IMG/VR virus record: IMGVR_UViG_3300027830_000004
Coordinates: 1-38,730 of that record
Origin: a virus
Taxonomy: Duplodnaviria > Caudoviricetes
Strand: one strand, 5' to 3'
DNA length: 38,730 nucleotides
Shown here: piece by piece, positions 28,648 through 36,981 of the stretch
Position numbering within the stretch: position 1 is the first letter of the stretch
How the letters are laid out: the number at the start of each line of letters is the position of its first letter
The notes under the pieces: model-generated
The model's database searches: none
Told to the model about the DNA's origin: nothing
What the model saw: the letters and a program-made list of their open reading frames with translations, nothing else
Made by a program: the position numbers and the translations under genes

Positions 28648-28890
28648 ATGCATACAAGTTACACAGTTGGTATCACTACAGGTGAATATAAAGCTCTTCA
28701 GTATGTGATGGCTGATCAAAATGAATGGGTTAACAACGCACTCACAAATCGTGCAAGAATCGCAACAAAAGAAATTCTAACTCTTTATACAAATTATAAA
28801 ATTAATAAAGGAGAGGCAATCACTGCAGTTGGAAGCACTGCTGTAATTGAAGCTGCTTATGCAGAGGGTGTGATTGGTATTGCAACATAA
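28648..28890 (+). CDS. Small protein following the C1q fibre (putative cognate chaperone), 80 aa
   Basis: Position after a fibre; helical EYKALQY...EWVNNALTNRARIA. Confidence 0.65.
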   Translation: MHTSYTVGITTGEYKALQYVMADQNEWVNNALTNRARIATKEILTLYTNYKINKGEAITAVGSTAVIEAAYAEGVIGIAT

Positions 28891-28912
28891 CCATTTAGAA
28901 AAAACCGTCCAC

Positions 28913-28941
28913 TTGACACTTTGTAAAGTGTGATATATAAT
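28913..28941 (+). promoter_or_regulatory. Perfect-consensus sigma70 promoter (early)
   Basis: TTGACA (28913-18), 17-bp spacer, TATAAT (28936-41). Confidence 0.88.
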
Positions 28942-28963
28942 AAAGTCAAAATATATTTTAGTA

Positions 28964-29176
28964 ATGGCAACTGATCAACAAAATCATTTAAAGTCTGTAA
29001 CAGAGCAAGCACAAGGTCTTGTGAATGAAATTAATCAACTTGAAGGACAAGCAAAATCAAAAAGAGATATGCTTTTAAAACTTCAAGGTATCATTGAATA
29101 TCTACAACAAACAGGAGTAGAAATGCCTAAAGATGAAGAACCAGAGGTTGCTCCTGCAGAACCAGTTGAATCTTGA
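28964..29176 (+). CDS. Small coiled-coil hypothetical protein, 70 aa
   Basis: Gln/Glu/Leu heptads with an acidic Pro-rich tail; downstream of the sigma70 promoter. Confidence 0.75.
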   Translation: MATDQQNHLKSVTEQAQGLVNEINQLEGQAKSKRDMLLKLQGIIEYLQQTGVEMPKDEEPEVAPAEPVES

Positions 29177-29177
29177 T

Positions 29178-29185
29178 TATAAATA
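29178..29185 (+). promoter_or_regulatory. T4 late promoter TATAAATA
   Basis: Full T4 consensus octamer in the intergenic gap before ATG 29208. Confidence 0.8.
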
Positions 29186-29207
29186 AAAAGAAAGAGTCAA
29201 AATTTAG

Positions 29208-29609
29208 ATGCCATATATTGGTCGTCCGCAATCATCAGGTGCGTTTGCTAAACTTGATGATGTAAGTTCACAATTCAATAATAGTAAAACTGTTTTCAAT
29301 TTAACGATTGGTAATCAAGCATTTTTTCCTGGCAATCCATATACATTATTAGTGTCATTAGGTGGTGTTATTCAAGAACCATTAACATCATTCACAATTA
29401 ATGATGACCAAATAACTTTTGCATCAGCACCACAATCTGGTGCTAACTTTTTTTGTGTAGTCTTATCTACAACACTCAATACTGAACCATTAAAAACTCT
29501 AACTGTAGGAGCAAGGTCAGGAGCACAGACTCTTGATTTACATGGAAGAACATTATCAATAGCAGATCGCTCTGGTACTAAACATACTATCGGTTTCAAC
29601 CTCACATAA
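29208..29609 (+). CDS. Virion structural/adaptor protein, 133 aa (paralog of the 34208 gene)
   Basis: MPYIGR...LDD.SS.F...LLVSLGGVIQEP...ITFASAP module; C-terminal LTVGARSG. Confidence 0.75.
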   Translation: MPYIGRPQSSGAFAKLDDVSSQFNNSKTVFNLTIGNQAFFPGNPYTLLVSLGGVIQEPLTSFTINDDQITFASAPQSGANFFCVVLSTTLNTEPLKTLTVGARSGAQTLDLHGRTLSIADRSGTKHTIGFNLT

Positions 29610-29612
29610 ATA
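29606..29612 (+). promoter_or_regulatory. T4-like late promoter ATAAATA
   Basis: Overlaps the stop codon and precedes ATG 29635. Confidence 0.7.
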
Positions 29613-29634
29613 AAAAGAAAGCTTTAACGATATA

Positions 29635-32600
29635 ATGGCGAATAGATTTCCGTTAATACTGAATACAAGCTCCAATCAAATACAAGAGTTAGCATCTGGA
29701 GATACTCTTGACTTGACTGGATCTGGATTGAACTTGACTGGTATTACTACATTATCTAGTTCTGCACAACTAAATTTACAAGGTGGTACAAATATAAACA
29801 CAGGGACAAGAGGAGATATATTATTTTATAATGCAAGTGGAACGATACAAAAATTAAGTTTAGGTGCGTCTGGAAAGGTATTAAAATCAAATGGTTCTGA
29901 TTTAGTATATGGTGATACTGGTTCAATTGCAAATGTATATTATGTTTCTACAAGTGGAACTGATGCAAGTGGTTTTGGTTCTGCAATAGACAGACCATTT
30001 AGATCAATTAAATATGCAGTTTCTAATATCGGCACACCATCAGCAACAGCACCTGCGATTATATTTGTAAAAGCAGGTGTATATGAAGAAGGTCAATTAC
30101 CTATTGTAGTTCCTGCACATACAACTGTTGCAGGTGATAGTTTAAGAGCAACAATAATTAAACCAGCATCGGGATTAGATTCAGGTGGTTCGATACAAAA
30201 TAATCGTTCAACTCTATTCAAAATGAGTAATGCAAGTGTATTGCAGGATCTTGTGATGGATGGAATGGGTGGTTATACACCAGGAAGTCCAAACTATAAA
30301 CCAGAAAGTGCAACAGTTGGTGGTGTATATCTTGCTTTGAATAATGCAAGTCCAATCTTAACTAAATCACCATATATTTACAACGTAACATCATTTGGAA
30401 ATGGTGCAACTGGTGCTGTATTAGATGGTTCAGTACATGCGAGTGGTAATCGTAGTATGTTATTCCATACTTATACTGCTGTTCATAGTGATGGATTAGG
30501 TATTTGGTTAAAGGCTAACGCAAACGCTGAAATGATTTCAACGTTTACCTATTATTGTACAATAGGTTTTGCTGTAACAGGTGGTTCAAAGATAAGATCT
30601 CTTAACTCAAGTAATGCATATGGAGAGTATGGTGTCTATTCTGCTGGATTTGATGCAGGAGAAACAGCAAACTCTGGAACAATTAAAGGACAGATGCTTG
30701 TTTATACAAACGTCCTTACAACATCGTTTACAGATGGTGAACAAGTAACTGGTGGAACATCAGGTGCAACTGCATATGTCGTAAATGTACAGGCAGAACC
30801 GAAGAGAATGTATATTGTTCAAAGATCAGGAACATTCCAATCTAGCGAGACAGTTACGGGTGGAAGTTCTGGTGCAACTGCAACTCTTACATCAGGAACT
30901 GCAACAGTCAATCAGTCAGGAAGAATACTTGTAACAACATTTTCAACTGCACCTGATGCTGGTGACTCTCTCCAATTTGCATCCACAGATGGTAATGCAT
31001 TTCAAATTCAATCAGTAAGTTCGGTAACTGCAAATAGTGTTGCATATAAGATATTAGTATTTTCAACATCAAGAGCAACTGCAGTTGCAGCAGATGTTGC
31101 AGTACACGCACGAAAAGAATATAGTCTTGCAAGATTAACAGGTCATGACTTCCTACAAGTAGGTACTGGTGGAACTGACACTACAAACTGGCCAAATAAT
31201 CCAACTCAAAGTCCTGCACAGGCAGACCAAGTAGTTACAAACGAAACCGATCCTGGTCGTGTTTACTATACTGCAACAGATGATTTAGGTAACTTCTATG
31301 TTGGAGACCAATTTAAAGTAGACCAAGCAACGGGTAATGTTACTTTGGATGCGTCTGCATTTAATCTATCTGGTCTTGAATCATTAAGACTTGGTTCAGT
31401 TGGTGGTCTAATTGGTGCTGCTGTTGGTGAGTTCTCAACTGATGTTACTATGTCACAGAATAGTGATACAAAAGTTTCAACACAGAAAGCAGTTAAAACT
31501 TATGTCGATACTTTAGATGGTATTACACCAGTAGGTGGCACATTTACATTAGCAGGTATATCTACAGTCACAGGAACTACACAGTTCACAAAGCAATTAA
31601 ACGTATCTGGTGTTTCTACATTCCACGGTAATGTTGATTTATTAGATGGTGATCGAGTTCGTTTGGGTGCAGCACAAGATTTACAGATATATCATGATTC
31701 AAACCACTCATACATCGCAGAAAATGGTGGTGGTGATTTAAAGATACAAGCAAGTGCTGGTAGTATATTCATACAAAAATCTACTGGTGAAGAGATGATC
31801 AAAGCAACTGTCGATGGTGCGGTTGAATTGTATCATGATGATGTAAAGACAATTGAAACCCTTTCGACTGGAGCAAAAGTTACTGGTGCGTTGGAAGTTA
31901 CTGGTAGTGTATCTATCGGGGCTACATTAACATACGAAGATGTAACTAATATAGATTCAGTAGGAGTCGTAACAGCACGTAATGGACTTAAAGTAACTGG
32001 TGGAACCTCATTCTTTGCAGGAGCAATTGCAGCTGCTGGTGCAATCACAGGTACTGCTTCAACTGCAACTAATATCACAGTCGCTGACGAATCATCAGAT
32101 ACAACTTGTTTCCCAACATTTGTCACTGCTGCAACGGGTAATCTACCACCAAAAACAGGTACGAATCTTACATTTAATTCATCAAACGGAACTTTAACCG
32201 CAACAACATCCAGTGCTTTTAACGCAACGATAACTGGTGATAATGCAGACTCTCTTAATTTTACTAACAATACTTCAAGTGATAATAGAGGTATTTCTTT
32301 TAACGATAGAACTGCAATATCTGCTGACTACAATGATGGATATTTAAGGATAAATAATCAATCTGAATTTAGTAATGGTGTTTATACACCTGGAGTGTTT
32401 AGAGCTGATGGTGGAATTAATTGGAACGGAAATCAAACGATTGTTAATAGTTCTGGTCAAATTAATGCTAGTAGAATATTAACTGGAACAGTTCCTGTTG
32501 CACAAATTGGTACTGGAACTAAAAATACTTCAACATTCTATCGTGGTGATGGTACATTCGCAACAGTTACAGCACCTGCAATTACTACAATCAACAGTGC

Positions 32601-33195
32601 ATCTAATAATAGACTTGTAACATCTGACGGTGGAACAACTGTAACTGCTGAATCAAATTTAAATTGGGATGGAAGTTCATTAATTGTTGGTGGAACTCAT
32701 AGTAATAATTCTTATGATTCAGTTAATTCAACAAAATTAGGATTTGGTGGTGGTAATGATCTTGATAATTACTCCATCGGGACAACTAAGGAGAACTATG
32801 GTGGTAATTACACCAAGTTAGAACTACGCTGGCATACTGGTATCCGAATGGGTGCTCAACAAGGTTATGGTGGTATTCGTTTCTATGATAGTGAAGATTT
32901 AGGAACAGTCAAATTCTCAATTCAGTCTGGTGGTGATCATGTTATGTCTCATACTACATTCAAACCATCAGCTAATAATACTTACGATTTAGGGACTACA
33001 ACTGCACGTTGGAGAAACGTATACACTGGTGACTTACATCTATCCAACCAAAATATGAATGCAAATGATGGTTCAGGAAATTCAGTCGATGGAACTTGGG
33101 GTGACTATACAATGCAAGAAGGTGAAAATGATCTTTTCCTAATAAATAATCGTAATGGTAAAAAATATAAGTTTAATTTAACGGAGGTTTCTTAA
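29635..33195 (+). CDS. Long tail fibre/spike with a pectin-lyase-like beta-helix region, 1186 aa
   Basis: YYVSTSGTD...G....PFRSIKYA...IFVKAGVYEE...GDSLR beta-helix cap; shared modules; VDGTWGDYTMQEGE C-terminus. Confidence 0.82.
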   Translation: MANRFPLILNTSSNQIQELASGDTLDLTGSGLNLTGITTLSSSAQLNLQGGTNINTGTRGDILFYNASGTIQKLSLGASGKVLKSNGSDLVYGDTGSIANVYYVSTSGTDASGFGSAIDRPFRSIKYAVSNIGTPSATAPAIIFVKAGVYEEGQLPIVVPAHTTVAGDSLRATIIKPASGLDSGGSIQNNRSTLFKMSNASVLQDLVMDGMGGYTPGSPNYKPESATVGGVYLALNNASPILTKSPYIYNVTSFGNGATGAVLDGSVHASGNRSMLFHTYTAVHSDGLGIWLKANANAEMISTFTYYCTIGFAVTGGSKIRSLNSSNAYGEYGVYSAGFDAGETANSGTIKGQMLVYTNVLTTSFTDGEQVTGGTSGATAYVVNVQAEPKRMYIVQRSGTFQSSETVTGGSSGATATLTSGTATVNQSGRILVTTFSTAPDAGDSLQFASTDGNAFQIQSVSSVTANSVAYKILVFSTSRATAVAADVAVHARKEYSLARLTGHDFLQVGTGGTDTTNWPNNPTQSPAQADQVVTNETDPGRVYYTATDDLGNFYVGDQFKVDQATGNVTLDASAFNLSGLESLRLGSVGGLIGAAVGEFSTDVTMSQNSDTKVSTQKAVKTYVDTLDGITPVGGTFTLAGISTVTGTTQFTKQLNVSGVSTFHGNVDLLDGDRVRLGAAQDLQIYHDSNHSYIAENGGGDLKIQASAGSIFIQKSTGEEMIKATVDGAVELYHDDVKTIETLSTGAKVTGALEVTGSVSIGATLTYEDVTNIDSVGVVTARNGLKVTGGTSFFAGAIAAAGAITGTASTATNITVADESSDTTCFPTFVTAATGNLPPKTGTNLTFNSSNGTLTATTSSAFNATITGDNADSLNFTNNTSSDNRGISFNDRTAISADYNDGYLRINNQSEFSNGVYTPGVFRADGGINWNGNQTIVNSSGQINASRILTGTVPVAQIGTGTKNTSTFYRGDGTFATVTAPAITTINSASNNRLVTSDGGTTVTAESNLNWDGSSLIVGGTHSNNSYDSVNSTKLGFGGGNDLDNYSIGTTKENYGGNYTKLELRWHTGIRMGAQQGYGGIRFYDSEDLGTVKFSIQSGGDHVMSHTTFKPSANNTYDLGTTTARWRNVYTGDLHLSNQNMNANDGSGNSVDGTWGDYTMQEGENDLFLINNRNGKKYKFNLTEVS

Positions 33196-34208
33196 TGGCG
33201 ATTCTATCCGCTGGTCTTAATCATCCACAGGGTGGACAAATGCAATATGAGTTCTTCTCTGGTGGAACATCATATATGGTGAATGTTTTTACACAATCAG
33301 GAACTTTATATGTCCCTGTCTCAAAAACTGCTGTTATTTTGATGATAGGTGGTGGTGGATCAGGTGGTAATGCTTATGGAGATAATGACACTGGTAAAGG
33401 AGGTGGTGGTGCAGGTGGTTGCTGCTTCCACACTTCTTATTCTTTGACATCTGGAACAGGAAATTATCGAATTATAGTTGGGAATGGTGGGAAAGGTAGA
33501 TATAAAACAAATAACGATGGTACATTATCAAAAGGTGGTACAAATAGTGGAGATGATACAAAAGCATTCGGTGTAGTTGCAAAAGGTGGTGGACAAGGTG
33601 GACTGAGTGATAATTATTTGAGAGCACTTGATGGTGGATGTGGAGGTGGAGCTGGAGCACGTAATGGTAATGGTGGTTGGAATAATGGAGCAGGTAGCGA
33701 CCAAGGAAGTTATAGTGGTTGGACAACTTACGGATATAGTGGAGGAAACTCTGCACAAGGTAACTACTCTGGTGGTGGAGGAGGTGGAATAGGAGGAAAC
33801 GGTAGTGCTCAAAGTGGTGGATCTAATGATTCTAACTCACAAGGTGGAACTGGTGGTGCAGGAAGAGATTTTTCAGCATACTTTGGAACTCGTGTAGGAG
33901 ATAGAGGATGGTTTGGTGGTGGTGGAGGTGGAGGCACCTATCGTCACGGTACAAATACTGTATATCAAGCACCAGGAAATGGAGGAGGTAGTAATTACGG
34001 TGGCGGTGGTTATGGTGTTGGTGCTCGTGAATCTTCACAAAATGATGCTGCTATGTCAATCGATCAAATTTGCGGAATGGATGGAACTGGTGGTGGTGGA
34101 GGAGGAGCCTCAGAGTGTCGAAGTGGTAATAGACAAGATCGTCGAGAGAGTGGTGCTGTATGTGGTAGTGGTGGTAGTGGAATTGTAATCGTTAGGACAC
34201 CTATCTAA
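33195..34208 (+). CDS. Glycine-rich putative fibre-tip adhesin, 337 aa
   Basis: VFTQSGTL...ILMIGGGGSGG...GGGGAGG...GSGGSGIVIVR; many poly-Gly tracts; TAATG coupling with a GGAGG SD. Confidence 0.8.
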   Translation: MAILSAGLNHPQGGQMQYEFFSGGTSYMVNVFTQSGTLYVPVSKTAVILMIGGGGSGGNAYGDNDTGKGGGGAGGCCFHTSYSLTSGTGNYRIIVGNGGKGRYKTNNDGTLSKGGTNSGDDTKAFGVVAKGGGQGGLSDNYLRALDGGCGGGAGARNGNGGWNNGAGSDQGSYSGWTTYGYSGGNSAQGNYSGGGGGGIGGNGSAQSGGSNDSNSQGGTGGAGRDFSAYFGTRVGDRGWFGGGGGGGTYRHGTNTVYQAPGNGGGSNYGGGGYGVGARESSQNDAAMSIDQICGMDGTGGGGGGASECRSGNRQDRRESGAVCGSGGSGIVIVRTPI

Positions 34209-35434
34209 TGCCTTATATTGGTCGAAATCATATAGCTGGTGATCATACTAGTAATTTTAAAGTATTAGATGATATCTCATCTTATACTGCGACTTTTGAT
34301 GGTTCATCAACTAATGTAGTATCTACTGCAAATGAAACATTAAGAATAGTAGAACATCGTTTTTTACAAGGACAGAGAGTAACATATACAAATGGTGGTG
34401 GTGGAAATATTGGTGGTTTAACAACAGGTACAGCATACTTCGTTACTCTTGATACTCATAATACAATTAAATTAGCGACTACTTTAGCAAATGCAAATAG
34501 TAATACAAATATAAATTTATCATCTGTTGGTAGTGGTTCATCTCACACATTGACTGCTGCATTTGATGGAGTTAATCAAAATTTCAAAGCAACTCATAGT
34601 GGTGGATCTGATGTACGAATTAATAATTCAACTCAATTACAAATTGCAATCAATAATGTAATTCAAAAACCAAATAACAATTCATCATATACTGAAGGTT
34701 TTAGAGTTGTTGATCGTGAAAAAATACAATTTAAAACTGCACCATCTTCTGATGATGTATTTTGGGGAACTGTAATTTCAAATACGATTGAATCATTTGA
34801 TATTTCTAATCATAAAGTAGATAATTTTACGGGTGATGGAAGTACAACTGAATTTAATTTATCAAGTCGTTCTCCAAATAATAATAGTGTCATAGTTACA
34901 ATAAACGGTGTTGTTCAACATCCTAGCGATGCTGTTTCCGCAAGATCATACTCACTTACCGATCAAAGTATAGTATTTACATCAGCACCAGCAAATGGTG
35001 ATGAAATTCAAGTAAGGCATATAGGTTTTGCTGGAGCAGCAACTGCAGCAGTTTCTGGTTTCTACGGAAGAACTGGCAATGTTACACTTACTTCGAGTGA
35101 TAATATTACAACTGGAGATATTGCACCAAAAAATGTAAATGCATCTGGTATTGTAACAGCACTACAATTTAAAGGTGATGGTTCGGAATTATCTAATGTT
35201 ATCTCTGGTGTTGACTTAAGATTTGAAGGTGCAATTGTTGGAACAGGAGCAACAATACTAAACTTTGTAGGTTTCAATACTGTTACACCACCAGTTTCTG
35301 GATTGTCTACAGTTACAAGTGGTCAAAACTTGACGATAGGTGTAAGGTCAGGTTCAGCAGTTGAAGCATCACTCACAGGAACATCTTTCAACGTAATCGC
35401 TAGGTCGGGCGGTAACATCTCAATTAACATCTAA
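34208..35434 (+). CDS. Virion structural/adaptor protein, 408 aa
   Basis: MPYIGR N-terminus; two I.INxVxQxP...I.F..AP modules; C-terminal LTIGVRSG. Confidence 0.75.
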   Translation: MPYIGRNHIAGDHTSNFKVLDDISSYTATFDGSSTNVVSTANETLRIVEHRFLQGQRVTYTNGGGGNIGGLTTGTAYFVTLDTHNTIKLATTLANANSNTNINLSSVGSGSSHTLTAAFDGVNQNFKATHSGGSDVRINNSTQLQIAINNVIQKPNNNSSYTEGFRVVDREKIQFKTAPSSDDVFWGTVISNTIESFDISNHKVDNFTGDGSTTEFNLSSRSPNNNSVIVTINGVVQHPSDAVSARSYSLTDQSIVFTSAPANGDEIQVRHIGFAGAATAAVSGFYGRTGNVTLTSSDNITTGDIAPKNVNASGIVTALQFKGDGSELSNVISGVDLRFEGAIVGTGATILNFVGFNTVTPPVSGLSTVTSGQNLTIGVRSGSAVEASLTGTSFNVIARSGGNISINI

Positions 35435-35437
35435 ATA
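35431..35437 (+). promoter_or_regulatory. T4-like late promoter CTAAATA
   Basis: Overlaps the stop codon and precedes ATG 35458. Confidence 0.65.
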
Positions 35438-35457
35438 AAGTATAAGAGATATAAAAA

Positions 35458-36972
35458 ATGGCAGATAGATTTCCACTAGTCGCAAACTCAAGTACGAATC
35501 AGATACAGGAAATTCCTTCTGGAGATAATCTTAATTTAGATTCAAATGGGATTGTCAACGTAGGAGTTATAACTGCGTCTGGATTTAGTGGTCCTGTTGT
35601 CGCTGGTGCTGGTACAAGTAATATAGTTTCAGGAATCGCAACCTATACTCAAGTAAGTGTTGGTGGAGCAACAACATTTACAGAAGATTTAGTTGTTACA
35701 GGAAATGCAAGAGTCACTGGTATATTAACTGTTGGTACTGGATCACTTACAATTACAGATAGGGATATAAATGCATCGGGTGTTACAACAGCATCAAACT
35801 TTAAAACTGGTTCAACAAATGTACACAGTGTTGGTGTTGAAGCTGCTGGTATTAATGTTCTAGGTGGTGATACACCAATCGGTGCTGGTTCTACGATTTA
35901 TAATAGTGGTGCTGCAGTATTTACTGGTATTATAACTGCACCAAGTGCTAATTTTACAGGTAATGTTTCAATTGGTGGAACATTAACATACGAAGACGTA
36001 ACAAATATAGATTCAGTAGGTGTTTTAACTGCAAGGTCTGATATTAGAGCGAATGGAAATATTGTTGGAGATAATGCAACTAATGTATCTGGTATAAACT
36101 CTGTTACAGCAACAACGTATTATGGTAATGGTGCTAATTTAACTGGCATAGATGCAACAAAAATAATAACAGGTAACACAAAAGTTGAAACAATAGATAC
36201 AGGTTCTGATGGTCACGTTAAGGTAACAACTGAAGGTGGAGAAAGATTAAGAGTTTCAAGTGGAGGACAAATTGGATTAAGTGGTGCAAACTATGGATCA
36301 TCAGGACAAGTATTAACAAGTGCTGGTTCTGGTTCGGCTGCCTCTTGGACAACTGTTATCGGTGTTCCTTCTGGTATCATTGCAATTTGGTCTGGTGCAG
36401 AAAATGCAATACCATCAGGTTGGTACTTATGTAATGGTAGTAATAGTACACCAGACTTAAGAGATAGATTTATCGTTGGTTCTGGAACTGGATCTTCATA
36501 TTCAATTGGTGCTACAGGTGGTGCAGCAACAGTTACTTTATCAACATCACAATTACCAGCACATAGTCATACCACAAACAATCATAATCACTCTGCAAGC
36601 GTTTCAGATCCTGGTCATGGTCACAGCGTTTCAGATCCTGGTCACGGTCACAATGTTTCAGTTTCAGATCCTGGACACCAACATAATACGTCAGTAACTG
36701 GAGCGAAACTCTTTCCAGGTTACGGTGGTGCTCACGTTCCTTACGGTGGTTCTGGTGGATATCCAGGTACTCATTTCAACATGAGTAATGCAAATACAGG
36801 AATCAGTGCGAATGCAAGTAATGCAAACACAGGAGTAAGTCTTAGTAATGCAAATACTTCAATCAGTGTTTCTACAGGAAATGCTAATCCCTCCACCAAT
36901 AATACTGGTGGTGGCAGTGCTCACGAGAACAGACCTCCTTACTATGCATTATGTTATATAATGAAGTCTTGA
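35458..36972 (+). CDS. Tail fibre with a phage tail collar domain and His-x-His tip, copy A, 504 aa
   Basis: VPSGIIAIWSG...IPSGWYLCNG....PDLRDRFIVGSG...VTL..SQLPAHSH...HENRPPYYALCYIMK. Confidence 0.9.
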   Translation: MADRFPLVANSSTNQIQEIPSGDNLNLDSNGIVNVGVITASGFSGPVVAGAGTSNIVSGIATYTQVSVGGATTFTEDLVVTGNARVTGILTVGTGSLTITDRDINASGVTTASNFKTGSTNVHSVGVEAAGINVLGGDTPIGAGSTIYNSGAAVFTGIITAPSANFTGNVSIGGTLTYEDVTNIDSVGVLTARSDIRANGNIVGDNATNVSGINSVTATTYYGNGANLTGIDATKIITGNTKVETIDTGSDGHVKVTTEGGERLRVSSGGQIGLSGANYGSSGQVLTSAGSGSAASWTTVIGVPSGIIAIWSGAENAIPSGWYLCNGSNSTPDLRDRFIVGSGTGSSYSIGATGGAATVTLSTSQLPAHSHTTNNHNHSASVSDPGHGHSVSDPGHGHNVSVSDPGHQHNTSVTGAKLFPGYGGAHVPYGGSGGYPGTHFNMSNANTGISANASNANTGVSLSNANTSISVSTGNANPSTNNTGGGSAHENRPPYYALCYIMKS

Positions 36973-36981
36973 GGTGGATAA

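Noticed and set aside
33195-34208. Collagen-like or PE-PGRS gene of cellular origin
   Set aside because: There is no Gly-X-Y periodicity, and the flanking motifs and coupling to a fibre fit a phage Gly-rich adhesin.
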